Positions 18,409-28,304 of a DNA stretch of 64,000 nucleotides are shown here, piece by piece. This DNA comes from Candidatus Omnitrophota bacterium. Its GTDB lineage: Bacteria > Omnitrophota > Gorgyraeia > JAFGIU01. Each line of letters starts with the position of its first letter. The first letter of the stretch is position 1. The notes beneath the pieces were generated by a model. It did no database searches, was not told the origin of the DNA, and saw only the letters and a program-made list of their open reading frames with translations. Location: positions 43,068-107,067 of the forward strand of contig JAFGIU010000011.1 in NCBI GenBank assembly GCA_016929445.1, written 5' to 3'. Made by a program: the position numbers and the translations under genes.

Positions 18409-19790
18409 GTCGTGTCAAGGACAGTCTTGTCCGGGGGGATTTGGGGGCACAGGTACGAGCGTTGAGTCCGCGGCATCCGGCTTGGCTCGAGATTGCACGG
18501 CGTTACGGAACGCCCTTGTACCTTGTGGAGGAAGAAATACTGCGGACGCGGGCCCGGAAATTTGTGGCCGCGTTTTCTACCGCGCTCGAAGGAGCAAAAG
18601 TCCATTATGCGCTTAAGGCCAATCCTTTTCCCGCGATTGCCCGGTGTTTTGTGGAAGAAGGCCTGGGATTGGATGCCTCGAGCGGCCTGGAGCTGGAGCT
18701 GGCTCTGCGTCTGGGATGCAGCCGTATTTTGCTCAGCGGCCCCGGAAAAACCGATCCGGAACTCGAACTGGCGCTGGCCCATCCCGGGAGAGTGACGGTT
18801 TTAGCCGATAGCGTGAGAGAATTGGAGCGCATCCACAGCCTGAGCAAAGCAAAGGGCCGGAGCTCCCGCGTGGGGCTTCGCATTTCCACCACTTCACAGG
18901 GACAGTGGAATAAGTTCGGTGTGGCCCTGGAAACGCTGCCCGGAATAATGGCCTTGGCCAGGGACCGTTGGCCGGATGTCCGGATCCGGGGCCTTCAGTT
19001 TCATCAGAGCTGGGTCCGGGATGCCCAAGCGCACACGCACACGCTCAAACAGGTGGGGGCGGTTTTGAGAGACCTGCCTGCGCAGGATCGGGAATCGCTG
19101 GAATTCTTGGACATGGGGGGAGGGTATTATCCCGCGAATGAAGAGGGGATTTATCCCTGGCTTGCGGATGCGCAGGATCTGGTGTTGCCTTCGGCGTTTC
19201 CGGATTTTGACCAATGGTGGGGCCAGGGCCAGCCCTTCTATTTTTTCCGCCCGTGCCTGCCCATTGAGGAAATGGCCTCACGCCTCGGACAGGTATTCAA
19301 AGAGGAAATTAGCTCCCAAGTCCCCCTGGAGCCTTGGCTGGAGCCCGGGCGCTGGTTGGTTAACGGTGCGGTACAAATTTTGCTTCAGGTGCGGGACTGC
19401 AAGACTGAGCAAGCCGTAATTGCGGATGCCGGAACCCATTTGCTAGGGTGGGAGCGACTTGAAATGGAATACGCGCCCTTGGTGAACCTGAGCCGTCCTG
19501 GAGAGGATCAGCAGCGCTGCACTGTGTACGGCTCGCTCTGTACGCCTCATGATGTGTGGGGATACTCCTACTACGGGACCGGAATTCAAGAGGGGGATAT
19601 TCTTGCATTGCTGTACCAGGGTGCGTATGTGCAGACCTTGCAGCAAAGATTCATCAAACCCGTGGCCGCAGCGGCGATGCTCTGTTCAGACGGTTCTTAT
19701 GAGTTGCTCAGCAGCCGGGAATCTTTTGAAGACAGATTCGCCGGACTGGGTGCGCCTGCCGCCCTTGACCCTCCGATCTGCCAAGCGTAA
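18405..19790 (+). CDS. PLP-dependent decarboxylase, Orn/Lys/Arg/DAP decarboxylase family (fold III, alanine-racemase-like N-domain)
   Basis: ATGA overlap with the upstream gene. PLP-Lys motif VHYALKANPFPAIARCFVEEGLGLDASSGLELELAL. C-terminal beta-domain with the GxYxxxL-type region GAYVQTLQQRFIKP. Confidence 0.75.
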   Translation: MSRVKDSLVRGDLGAQVRALSPRHPAWLEIARRYGTPLYLVEEEILRTRARKFVAAFSTALEGAKVHYALKANPFPAIARCFVEEGLGLDASSGLELELALRLGCSRILLSGPGKTDPELELALAHPGRVTVLADSVRELERIHSLSKAKGRSSRVGLRISTTSQGQWNKFGVALETLPGIMALARDRWPDVRIRGLQFHQSWVRDAQAHTHTLKQVGAVLRDLPAQDRESLEFLDMGGGYYPANEEGIYPWLADAQDLVLPSAFPDFDQWWGQGQPFYFFRPCLPIEEMASRLGQVFKEEISSQVPLEPWLEPGRWLVNGAVQILLQVRDCKTEQAVIADAGTHLLGWERLEMEYAPLVNLSRPGEDQQRCTVYGSLCTPHDVWGYSYYGTGIQEGDILALLYQGAYVQTLQQRFIKPVAAAAMLCSDGSYELLSSRESFEDRFAGLGAPAALDPPICQA

Positions 19791-19839
19791 AATTCAGCTT
19801 TGACACAGGCCGGTAATGTCTACTAGGAAGGGGAGAAAT

Positions 19840-20439
19840 ATGAAAAAGACGCTTCTGATCACGCTGGGTGTCATCCTGGCGCTGGTTGTATTATTTTTCA
19901 TGATTTTTGGCGGGGTTTACAACAAGCTGGTAGCCGCGGAGGAGGGCGTGAGCAGCGCCTGGGCCCAGGTCGAAAACGTGTACCAGCGCCGCGCGGATTT
20001 GGTGCCGAACTTGGTCAACACGGTCAAAGGTTTTGCCGCCCAGGAGAAGGATGTGTTGCAGGGGGTGGTGGAGGCCCGCTCCAAGGTCTCCCAAATGAAC
20101 ATCAATGCTTCGGATATCCTCAATGACCCGGCAGCTCTGCAACAATTCCAGGCAGTGCAGGGACAGTTGTCCTCGGCCCTGAGCAGGCTCCTGGTGACAG
20201 TGGTGCGCTATCCGGAGCTCAAGTCCAGCCAGAATTTTCTGACCCTGCAAACCCAGCTGGAGGGGACTGAAAACCGCATTACTGTGGAGCGCCGCCGTTT
20301 TAATGACGCGGCCAAGGGTTTCAATACCTTCCGGAGACAATTCCCGAATAATCTGATTGCGGGAATGATGGGATTCAAGTCCAAGGAATATTTCCAGGCA
20401 GATCAAGGCGCTGACAAAGCGCCGGTTGTCCAGTTTTGA
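19840..20439 (+). CDS. lemA: LemA family protein
   Basis: RBS GGAAGGGGAG before ATG 19840. N-terminal TM then the LemA signature NKLVAAEEGVSSAWAQVENVYQRRADLVPNLVNTVKGFAAQEKDVL...QLEGTENRI. Confidence 0.85.
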   Translation: MKKTLLITLGVILALVVLFFMIFGGVYNKLVAAEEGVSSAWAQVENVYQRRADLVPNLVNTVKGFAAQEKDVLQGVVEARSKVSQMNINASDILNDPAALQQFQAVQGQLSSALSRLLVTVVRYPELKSSQNFLTLQTQLEGTENRITVERRRFNDAAKGFNTFRRQFPNNLIAGMMGFKSKEYFQADQGADKAPVVQF

Positions 20440-21278
20440 TGAAATTCCGTACGTTTGTTTCTGCGGGGCTTCTGCTTTGTCTGATCTTTGGGGGCGGGGC
20501 CTTCTCCCATGCCTTGGAGATTCCCGTCCGTCCGGAAGACTATGTCACTGACCGGGCCGCAATGCTTTCCCCCTCTGCCCGGGCTGAACTTAACCGCGCG
20601 TTGAAGCAGTTTGAGGCCCAGACCTCCAACCAAGTGGCCGTGGTCACCTTTGCGTCGGCGGAGGAGGAGTCCCTCGAGGATTTTTCCATTCGTCTGGCTG
20701 AAAAATGGAAACTGGGTCAAAAAGGCAAAGACAACGGCGTCATACTCCTCATTTTTAAACAAGAGCGCTTGATCCGGATCGAAGTGGGCTATGGCTTGGA
20801 AGGCTCCTTACCCGATGCTTTGGCAGGGCTCATTATCAGCCGGGAAATGGCCCCGTTGTTCCGTGAAGGGGACTATGAGACGGGTATTGCAAGGGGTGTG
20901 CAAGCCATCCTTCAAGCGGTGCAAGGCGAGTACAAGGTTCAAGCCTCTGGCCTGGACGGGCAAGGCGCGCATCCGGATATGGGGGCGCAATACCGGGCAC
21001 TTTTCTTGCTAATCATGTTAGTGGTTCTGGTTCTGTTCCTGACGGACCTGTTTCGATACCGCACCTACCTTAATAACCATCGTGTCTACGCGAGTCGCTA
21101 CAGTTTTTGGGAGTGGTTTTTTCGTTTCGCTTTGCTGTTGGCTGTTCTGTCCATCTTGTTCAGGATTGCTTTTTATACGGCCCTGATGTCCCGGGGCGGC
21201 TATAGCGGAGGCCGGGGAGGGGGTTTTTCCGGCGGCGGAGGGTCTTTTGGCGGGGGCGGCGCCAGCGGAGGCTGGTAA
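20436..21278 (+). CDS. TPM-domain protein (YgcG-like) with C-terminal TM helix and Gly-rich tail
   Basis: ATGA overlap with lemA. Signal peptide. TPM core VTDRAAMLSPSARAELNRALKQFEAQTSNQVAVVTFAS...GVILLIFKQERLIRIEVGYGLEG. C-terminal tail GGYSGGRGGGFSGGGGSFGGGGASGGW. Confidence 0.75.
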   Translation: MMKFRTFVSAGLLLCLIFGGGAFSHALEIPVRPEDYVTDRAAMLSPSARAELNRALKQFEAQTSNQVAVVTFASAEEESLEDFSIRLAEKWKLGQKGKDNGVILLIFKQERLIRIEVGYGLEGSLPDALAGLIISREMAPLFREGDYETGIARGVQAILQAVQGEYKVQASGLDGQGAHPDMGAQYRALFLLIMLVVLVLFLTDLFRYRTYLNNHRVYASRYSFWEWFFRFALLLAVLSILFRIAFYTALMSRGGYSGGRGGGFSGGGGSFGGGGASGGW

Positions 21279-21291
21279 GAAAGGTTTGGCT

Positions 21292-21747
21292 ATGAAGATT
21301 GAACGCGACATGAATCCTGCGCTTTTTTTCTCCCAAACGGAAAAGCAGGCCATCCGCCGGGCAGTGCGGGGGGCTGAAATGAAAACCTCGGGTGAGATCC
21401 GGGTGCATTTGGAACGAAAGGCGAGAGAGCCTTTTTTGGAGAATGCCGAAGAGGTTTTTGAGAAAACCGGAATGACCCGGACGGCCGAGCGCAACGGGGT
21501 GCTTATCTTTATTGGTCTGGCCAGCCGGCGCTATGCTATTCTCGGTGACAAAGGCATCCATGAGAAGGTTCCGGAAGGTTTTTGGGATAAAATCGCCCAA
21601 CAGATGGGGGAGGAGTTCCGTCAAGACCGTTTTGCCGACGGCGTGGTGGCCGCTGTGGAGCAAATCGGAGAACGACTACAGGAATACTTTCCGTACCAGC
21701 GCGATGATGTCAACGAATTGCCGGACGAGATTTCGTATTCTTTGTGA
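21292..21747 (+). CDS. TPM-domain protein (short cytoplasmic-type paralog)
   Basis: ALFFSQTEKQAIRRAVRGAEMKTSGEIRVHLER...GVLIFIGLASRRYAILGDKGIHEKV. An alternative start lies at 21247. Confidence 0.65.
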   Translation: MKIERDMNPALFFSQTEKQAIRRAVRGAEMKTSGEIRVHLERKAREPFLENAEEVFEKTGMTRTAERNGVLIFIGLASRRYAILGDKGIHEKVPEGFWDKIAQQMGEEFRQDRFADGVVAAVEQIGERLQEYFPYQRDDVNELPDEISYSL

Positions 21748-21764
21748 GTGAGGTTCGCAATAGT

Positions 21765-23123
21765 ATGAGCGTTGCTTTAAATCCCGTCCGTTCCGGGCGT
21801 CTGACATTTCCGTTCGGTGTTTACCCCCCGGAAAACAAAGAACTGTCTGTCAATGCGCCTATTGAAGTGCTTCCCACTCCAAAGCGGGTGGACATCCCGC
21901 TGTTGCAGCACACCGGGGCTCCCAATGAGCCTATTCACATCAAACCGAATACTCCTGTGGCCTTAGGGGATCTTGTGGGTCAGTGTGATGCGCATGTCAC
22001 CGCTCCCATCCACGCCAGCATTGCCGGCACAACCACTCTGGGAGCCGTTACCACCCTTCCCAATGGCCGCCACGTGCGGTGCATCTCTCTCAAGGCGGAG
22101 GGCGAACAGCTCGAGGGCCGGGCCTTGTGGGAGGACCAGTTTGGCGGTGACTGGCCTGTGTCCGGGCTGGAGCCTTACGCCCCGGTGGAAATCGTGCAGG
22201 CGATACGCAGGGCGGGAATTGTGGGGCAAGGGGGAGCGGCCTTTCCCTCCCATATTAAAATAGCGGCGCCAAAAGAAAAGCCTGTTGAAACCGTTCTCAT
22301 CAATGGATGCGAATGCGAGCCTTATCTGACTGCGGATGAGCGGCTGATGATCGAGGCGCCGGAGCCGGTGATCAGCGGTGCTTTACTGGTGCAGATCGCG
22401 ACCGGCGCCAAGAACGTAATCATCGGAATTGAAGACCACATGCCGCAAGCATTCGAGGCCCTAAGGCGGGCGGCCCAAGGCACGGCTGTGGAAGTGCGGA
22501 CGCTGAAGACCAAATACCCTCAGGGCGGGGAAAAACAGCTGGTTCTCGGCGTTTTAAACCGCGTGGTGCCTACCGGGGGCTTGCCCCTGGATGTGGGGGT
22601 GGTGGTGGTGAACGTGGGCACAGCAGCGGCCATTGCGCGCGCAGTGCTTCGACGCAAGCCTTTGACCCACCGGGTGGTCAGCGTGACCGGAAAAGGCATC
22701 CGCAACCCTAAGAACCTTTTGGTCCCGGTGGGCGTCAGCTATCGCAATTTGGTGGATTATTGCGGCGGATTGACTGGGGACGCGGCGCGTTTGGTTGCCG
22801 GGGGGCCGATGATGGGCTTTACTCTGGGGTCGCTGGACTCTCCGGTGACCAAGGGCACCAGCGGCCTCACTGTGCTGACTCACGGAGACTTGATTAAAAG
22901 CCAGGAGACATCCTGCATCCGCTGCGGGCGCTGTGTGGACGTGTGCCCCCTCAACCTGGTGCCGACCAAGATCGCGTTGGCTGTCCGGGCCAAGGACTGG
23001 GAATGGGCCGGCCGGTTCCATATCAAAGCCTGTATGGAATGCGGTTGTTGCGCCTATATCTGTCCGGCCCGAATTCCGCTGGTGCAGCTCATACGCACGG
23101 GCAAGGCTCTGCTGCCCAAGTGA
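21765..23123 (+). CDS. rnfC: Rnf electron-transport complex subunit C
   Basis: GGAAFPSHIK NAD/FMN-binding region. Two 4Fe-4S motifs: CIRCGRCVDVCP and CMECGCCAYICP. The track start GTG 21744 overlaps the upstream stop; ATG 21765 is the preferred start. Confidence 0.85.
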   Translation: MSVALNPVRSGRLTFPFGVYPPENKELSVNAPIEVLPTPKRVDIPLLQHTGAPNEPIHIKPNTPVALGDLVGQCDAHVTAPIHASIAGTTTLGAVTTLPNGRHVRCISLKAEGEQLEGRALWEDQFGGDWPVSGLEPYAPVEIVQAIRRAGIVGQGGAAFPSHIKIAAPKEKPVETVLINGCECEPYLTADERLMIEAPEPVISGALLVQIATGAKNVIIGIEDHMPQAFEALRRAAQGTAVEVRTLKTKYPQGGEKQLVLGVLNRVVPTGGLPLDVGVVVVNVGTAAAIARAVLRRKPLTHRVVSVTGKGIRNPKNLLVPVGVSYRNLVDYCGGLTGDAARLVAGGPMMGFTLGSLDSPVTKGTSGLTVLTHGDLIKSQETSCIRCGRCVDVCPLNLVPTKIALAVRAKDWEWAGRFHIKACMECGCCAYICPARIPLVQLIRTGKALLPK

Positions 23124-23143
23124 AACATCGATAGAGACCAAAG

Positions 23144-24130
23144 ATGATGAACGAAAATAATCCGAACCGGCTGCCTTCCATTCACGTGGCTCCGTCCCCT
23201 CATGTGGGAGCTGCCGGACTGAGCACCCAGCGTATGATGATCGATGTGCTGGTGGCCCTGATTCCGGTGATAGCGGCTTCGCTGTACGTATTCGGATGGT
23301 ACGCGGTCCATCAAATCGGAATTTGCGTTTTGAGCTGCCTGATTTTTGAGGTTTTGTTCACCGCAATACGCGGGCGGCGGCCGAGCCTGGAAGATTGCTC
23401 TGCAGCCGTGACCGGTTTGATCCTGGCCTTGTCCATGCCTTGGAGCGTTCCTTGGTATGTGGGTGTGGTGGCCTCAGGGGTGGCGGTCGGCTTGGGTAAG
23501 GTGGTATTCGGGGGACTGGGCCAAAACATCTTCAACCCCGCGATGGTGGGCCGCGCTTTTGTGATGATCTCGTTCCCGGCCGCAATGGGGGTAGCGGCCT
23601 ACACGCGCGGCGGGCATGCCTTGCAGATTCTGACTCAAGCCACTCCATTGACCTTGGCGGCGGAAGGCCACTCTGTGGGATTGATGTCTTTGTTTCTGGG
23701 GAACGTCAACGGGTCTTTGGGTGAAACCAGCGCGCTGGCCTGTTTGCTGGGGGGGACTTACTTGTGTGTGCGGCGCTCGGCTTCCTGGGAGATACCGGCC
23801 GGATGCTTGGGCGCAGTGGCCGTATTCGCGGGAATCGGAGAACTGCTGCACCCGGGCGGAAGCTTTACTTTTCTGCACCACTTGTTGGCGGGATCGCTGC
23901 TTTTTGGTGCTTTCTTTATTGCCACTGATCCGGTTACCAGCCCCTTGACTCCCAAAGGCAAGTGGTTGTTCGGCGCAGGGGTAGGGACTTTGGTCTTGAT
24001 ACTACGGGTATTTAGCAGTTACCCCGAGGGGGTGACTTTTGGGGTGTTGCTGATGAATGCAGGGGTTCCTCTGATTAACCGCTGGAGCATTCCGACTCCT
24101 TTAGGGGGCCCCGTGCCTCCGGCAAAATGA
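23144..24130 (+). CDS. rnfD: Rnf complex subunit D (NqrB family membrane subunit)
   Basis: Polytopic membrane protein in the expected position (VLVALIPVIAASLYVFGW...IFNPAMVGRAFVMISFPAAM). Covalent-FMN threonine region GATPLT-like: ATPLTLAAEG. Confidence 0.85.
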   Translation: MMNENNPNRLPSIHVAPSPHVGAAGLSTQRMMIDVLVALIPVIAASLYVFGWYAVHQIGICVLSCLIFEVLFTAIRGRRPSLEDCSAAVTGLILALSMPWSVPWYVGVVASGVAVGLGKVVFGGLGQNIFNPAMVGRAFVMISFPAAMGVAAYTRGGHALQILTQATPLTLAAEGHSVGLMSLFLGNVNGSLGETSALACLLGGTYLCVRRSASWEIPAGCLGAVAVFAGIGELLHPGGSFTFLHHLLAGSLLFGAFFIATDPVTSPLTPKGKWLFGAGVGTLVLILRVFSSYPEGVTFGVLLMNAGVPLINRWSIPTPLGGPVPPAK

Positions 24131-24143
24131 CGGGCTTGTAAGG

Positions 24144-24791
24144 ATGGGCATTCCGGTGATGAAAAAATTGAATACCGGCCTGGGTTACCTGAAGCAGGCG
24201 TGGCTGGTCTTGGTACTGGCCTTGGTCTTTGGCATGGCTCTGGCCAATGTGCAGGCGGCCCTGGGACCCCGGATTGAACAAAACAAGCTGGACGAGGCCC
24301 TTGAGCAAGTGCCTTTGCTGGTGCGTGGTGCGATTGCCGGGGTGCCGGTTGGACTCGGGGACAGCCGCGTCTACGGGGCCTTGGGAGCGGAGGGGGAGCT
24401 CCTTGGCTGGGTTGTGATGGGAAACGGGCAGGGATTTGCCGGCCGCATCGAACTGCTGATCGGCCTGGACAGGAGCTTGGATACGGTTACCGGGGTTTAC
24501 GTGCTGGACCAGCGCGAAACACCGGGATTGGGAAACCACATCACGGACGAAAAGTGGCGCCTTCAGTTCTTGGGTAAGAAGACACATCTGCCTCTGGAAG
24601 TGATCAAGGAAGGGGTGCCGGCTGCTCACCAGATCGTGGCGGTTACAGGGGCGACCATTAGCTCAAAGAGTGTGGCCCAGGCCGTGAACAAGGCAGTGAA
24701 TCTTGTGAGGAGCCGGAAGGATGTTTTGCAGCAAGAGACCCGGCGCCTCGAGCAGATGCAGCCTGCATCAAAACCAAGAGCAGGGGAATAG
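24144..24791 (+). CDS. rnfG: Rnf complex subunit G (FMN-binding)
   Basis: N-terminal TM plus an FMN_bind domain with the flavinylation motif VTGATISSKSVAQAVNKAV. Confidence 0.85.
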   Translation: MGIPVMKKLNTGLGYLKQAWLVLVLALVFGMALANVQAALGPRIEQNKLDEALEQVPLLVRGAIAGVPVGLGDSRVYGALGAEGELLGWVVMGNGQGFAGRIELLIGLDRSLDTVTGVYVLDQRETPGLGNHITDEKWRLQFLGKKTHLPLEVIKEGVPAAHQIVAVTGATISSKSVAQAVNKAVNLVRSRKDVLQQETRRLEQMQPASKPRAGE

Positions 24792-24793
24792 AC

Positions 24794-25432
24794 ATGGCCA
24801 AAGAAATGCCCACGGCTTTGGAACGCTTCCTCAACGGGATTCTGCCGGAAAATCCGGTTTACCGCCAGCTCTTGGGTCTGTGCCCGACCTTGGCCGTGAC
24901 CAGCGGGGTTGCCAGCGCTATGACCATGGCAGGCGCAACTGCCTTTGTGTTGATTTGCTCCAATGTGATGACCAGCTTGATCCGGGGTTTTCTCAAACCG
25001 CATCTGCGTATCCTAATCTATACCCTGACGATTGCGACCTTTGTCACCATTGCCGACCGCTTTTTGGCCGCGTATATGTGGTCTATGAGCAAGCAGCTCG
25101 GGCCCTATGTGCCTTTAATTATCGTTAACTGCGTCATTGTTTGCCGCTGCGAAGTGTGCAGCAGCAAACAGCCGGTGTTTGTGGCCGCCTCGGATGCGCT
25201 TGGCCAGAGCCTGGGCTTTGGCCTGGCGCTGCTGAGTATTGCGTCGGTGCGCGAGGTCCTCGCAACCGGGGCCTGGGCCGGTCTGAGGGTTCTTCCCGAC
25301 ACCTGGCCCAACTGCGGGGCCATGGGATTACCGCCCGGCGCTTTTATCACCATGGGTTTATTGCTGGGATTAGTGAATTGGGTGTCCGCGCGCCGAAAGA
25401 CCCTTAAAAGCAGCGCGGGAAGCGCCAAGTAA
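24794..25432 (+). CDS. rnfE: Rnf complex subunit E (NqrD family)
   Basis: [45 protein letters not shown], typical of RnfE/NqrD. Confidence 0.85.
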   Translation: MAKEMPTALERFLNGILPENPVYRQLLGLCPTLAVTSGVASAMTMAGATAFVLICSNVMTSLIRGFLKPHLRILIYTLTIATFVTIADRFLAAYMWSMSKQLGPYVPLIIVNCVIVCRCEVCSSKQPVFVAASDALGQSLGFGLALLSIASVREVLATGAWAGLRVLPDTWPNCGAMGLPPGAFITMGLLLGLVNWVSARRKTLKSSAGSAK

Positions 25433-25449
25433 GCACGGAGTATCAGAGC

Positions 25450-26196
25450 ATGGAATATTTGGGCACCATCGTGATGATTGCGGTAAGCACCGCGCTCATC
25501 AACAATTTTGTGCTGCATTATTTTGTCGGCATCTGTCCCTTTATCGGCGTATCGAGGCGGGTCGATATGGCCTTTGGGATGGGCTGCGCAGTGACTTTTG
25601 TTATGACCGTGGCCGCGGCCTTGAGTTGGGCCTTTACTTTCTTTCTTCTTCAGCCGGGCGCGCCGGTGACTGCCTGGGTGTGGCACGCAATCAATCCCGG
25701 GGCGGCGGAGACCGTGGATTTGAGCGTGCTCAATTATATTGTGTACATTTTTGTGATTGCCTCCTCGGTGCAACTGGTGGAGATGTACGTGCGCAAGTTT
25801 TTCCCCAAGCTTTACCGCTCTTTTGGGGTTTTCCTGCCGCTGATCACCACCAACTGCGCCATCCTGTTCGCCTGCCTCGAGATCATGAAGCACATTTCAG
25901 GAGTGACAGAGGGAGTCCACGCTTGGGGCCTGGACAAGGCCCTTATTTTTGCGCTTTTCGGAGGGCTTGGATTCACGTTAGCCATTGTGATCATGGCCGG
26001 GATTCGTGAGGAACTCGACTACTGCGATGTGCCGGTGTCGCTCAAAGGCCCGGGCATTACCTTGATTATTGCCGGGATTCTGGCTTTAGCCTTCATGGGA
26101 TTTGCGGGAGTGGACGCGGGCCTCAGGAAAGGCCTGTCCCCGAAGCCTGAGGCAGTATCTCAAGTGGTAAAGGAGACCGCATGGCCACGTGGATAA
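25450..26196 (+). CDS. rnfA: Rnf complex subunit A (NqrE family), with C-terminal extension
   Basis: [45 protein letters not shown]. About 60 aa longer than typical RnfA. Confidence 0.8.
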   Translation: MEYLGTIVMIAVSTALINNFVLHYFVGICPFIGVSRRVDMAFGMGCAVTFVMTVAAALSWAFTFFLLQPGAPVTAWVWHAINPGAAETVDLSVLNYIVYIFVIASSVQLVEMYVRKFFPKLYRSFGVFLPLITTNCAILFACLEIMKHISGVTEGVHAWGLDKALIFALFGGLGFTLAIVIMAGIREELDYCDVPVSLKGPGITLIIAGILALAFMGFAGVDAGLRKGLSPKPEAVSQVVKETAWPRG

Positions 26197-27089
26197 CGGT
26201 GGGCCTGGCCGGGGCGATTCTGTTGTTGTTGGCGGTTGCCATGGCCTATGTGCTGGGCTGGGCGAACCAGGCGCTTGCCGTGCAGGTTGATGCCAAAGTC
26301 ATTGCTGTTGAATCGGCTCTTCCGGGGGCAAACTGCGGCGCCTGCGGTTATGTGGGATGCCGTGAATACGCCCAAGCCGTGCCCAAGGGAGAATCGATCA
26401 CCAAATGCACGGTGGGCGGAATGGGCTGCGTCGCCGACCTGGCTAAAATCATGGGGGTGGAGGTCGAACAGACTTGGCCTTACCGGCCGGTTGTGCACTG
26501 CGGGGCGACCTCAGATCAGCGCTTGCAGAAGACCGAATACCTGGGCGAGCCCACTTGTGCTTCCGCCAATTTGGTGGCGGGGGTGCAAGGTTGCACCTAC
26601 GGCTGCTTAGGCCTCAGCGACTGCGTGGTGGTCTGTGACTACGATGCGATCCATATTATCGATGGCCTGGCCGTGGTGGATTACGGCAAATGCACGGGGT
26701 GCGCCGCCTGTGCCAAGGCGTGCCCGCGGAATATTATCAGCATGGTGCCCTTTAAGTCCGAACGAATCTTTGCAGTCAAATGCTCCAATCAGGATTTTGG
26801 AAAGGAAGTCAAAGCGGTTTGCGAAGTGGGCTGTATCGGTTGCAAGGGTTGCGCCAAGACCTGCGATCTGTTCGAAATGGCGGGGAATCTTCCCAAGATC
26901 AACTATGAAGCCTACGATCCGGATCAGGTGGATTTCGGACCTGTGCTGGAAAAGTGCCCGATGAACAGCTTGGTGTGGGTGGGCAAGCCCAGCGAAAAGG
27001 ATTTGGCCGCGGTTAAGGACCAGGAAGTCCCTGACGAGATCAAGGCGGATTTCAAAACCAGCGTCGACGACGCTGAATGGCGGGGTTAG
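26181..27089 (+). CDS. rnfB: Rnf complex subunit B (polyferredoxin)
   Basis: N-terminal TM. Cys-rich cluster [19 protein letters not shown]. Additional 4Fe-4S motifs [12 protein letters not shown] and [11 protein letters not shown]. Confidence 0.85.
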   Translation: MATWITVGLAGAILLLLAVAMAYVLGWANQALAVQVDAKVIAVESALPGANCGACGYVGCREYAQAVPKGESITKCTVGGMGCVADLAKIMGVEVEQTWPYRPVVHCGATSDQRLQKTEYLGEPTCASANLVAGVQGCTYGCLGLSDCVVVCDYDAIHIIDGLAVVDYGKCTGCAACAKACPRNIISMVPFKSERIFAVKCSNQDFGKEVKAVCEVGCIGCKGCAKTCDLFEMAGNLPKINYEAYDPDQVDFGPVLEKCPMNSLVWVGKPSEKDLAAVKDQEVPDEIKADFKTSVDDAEWRG

Positions 27090-27092
27090 CCT

Positions 27093-27108
27093 TCTCTTCC
27101 TTGCGGAA
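27093..27108. terminator. Short hairpin between convergent rnfB and apbE ends; possible bidirectional terminator
   Basis: TCTTCC ttgc GGAAGA: a 6-bp stem only, with no strong U-tract. Confidence 0.2.
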
Positions 27109-27116
27109 GATATCCT

Positions 27117-28304
27117 CTAAAGTTTTGGGCCCTTGATCAGCCGGGCCTTGAATCCCTTTGTCATGCGGATCTCAGGTTCACCCCCTTCGCCGCTGACGAC
27201 CATGGCTTCAATACCCATATTCCGAGGCAGTGCATCCAGTCCGGGGATTCCGGCCACGCTCAGAGCCGTGGCCCAGGCATCGGCAGCAAGGGCAGTCGGG
27301 GCCAGCACAGTGACCGAAACTGCGTTGTGTGCCGGCATGCCGGTGCGCGGATCAATGATGTGGCTGTAACGCCGGCCCTGAATCTCGAAAAATCGGGCGT
27401 AGTCCCCGCTGGTGCACACGGCTCCTTCTTGGATGGACAGGCGGGCAAGGACCTTGCCGGGTTCGGCAGGATGCCGGATCCCGATTTGCCAGGCACCTCC
27501 ATCGGGGCCCTGGCCGAAACACCGTAGATCGCCGCCCACATCGACCATGCCTCCCCGGCATCCGGCGGATTCCAATTCCTCAACGGCGCGGTCGATTCCG
27601 TAGCCTTTGGCAATACCGCCCAGATCCAACTGAACGGTGGAAAGGAGCTTGATTGCGGCGTCTTCGGTTAAGCTTATCGCGCTCCACCCGGATTGAACCC
27701 GCGCTTCTTGCAACCGGCCGGGGGAGGGCAGGGAGTTTTCGCGATCCGCTTGTCTCCACAATTGAATGAGAGGTCTGCAGGTCACATCAAAGCAACCGCC
27801 GGTCAACCGGTAATAGTGCTGAGCGGCATTCAGTACCTGCAGAGTTGAAGAGGAAAGGGGATATTGGCCGGGTCCTGAGGCATTCCAGCGGGCGAGTTCC
27901 GAGTAGTCGATGTAGCTGCTCATCCTGACTTCGGTTTCCCTGAGCCGGGCCTCGGCGCGTCCCAGCACGATATCGACCTGTGCCCGGGTGGTGGAGGCCG
28001 GCATGATTGCCACCAAGCGGCATTCGGTACTCATCACATCAGCCAGGTCTTGCGTGTAGGGGATTAGATTTTGCGAGGGTCCGGTCTTAAAGAAAGAAAT
28101 GACTGTTATAACGCACAGGGCGGCCAAAAGGATGGGGCCGAGAAGCCTCCGGGTGTTTGTTTTCGCGATTGGGTAGTTCATTGCTTCGTAAGAATAGTAG
28201 GCTCTATCGGAGAAGTCAATGCGCGGTATAATGCTCCATGCTTTGTCCAAATTCCGGGAGTGAGGCTGAATGAGCGCGATACTTTCTGTTTCCAATCTTA
28301 CCAA
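27117..28304 (-). CDS. apbE: FAD:protein FMN transferase (ApbE family), membrane-anchored
   Basis: [23 protein letters not shown]...[11 protein letters not shown], matching ApbE flavin-transferase motifs. N-terminal TM ([19 protein letters not shown]). An internal ATG (MNYPIAK) may be the true start. Confidence 0.8.
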   Translation of the reverse strand: MVRLETESIALIQPHSRNLDKAWSIIPRIDFSDRAYYSYEAMNYPIAKTNTRRLLGPILLAALCVITVISFFKTGPSQNLIPYTQDLADVMSTECRLVAIMPASTTRAQVDIVLGRAEARLRETEVRMSSYIDYSELARWNASGPGQYPLSSSTLQVLNAAQHYYRLTGGCFDVTCRPLIQLWRQADRENSLPSPGRLQEARVQSGWSAISLTEDAAIKLLSTVQLDLGGIAKGYGIDRAVEELESAGCRGGMVDVGGDLRCFGQGPDGGAWQIGIRHPAEPGKVLARLSIQEGAVCTSGDYARFFEIQGRRYSHIIDPRTGMPAHNAVSVTVLAPTALAADAWATALSVAGIPGLDALPRNMGIEAMVVSGEGGEPEIRMTKGFKARLIKGPKL

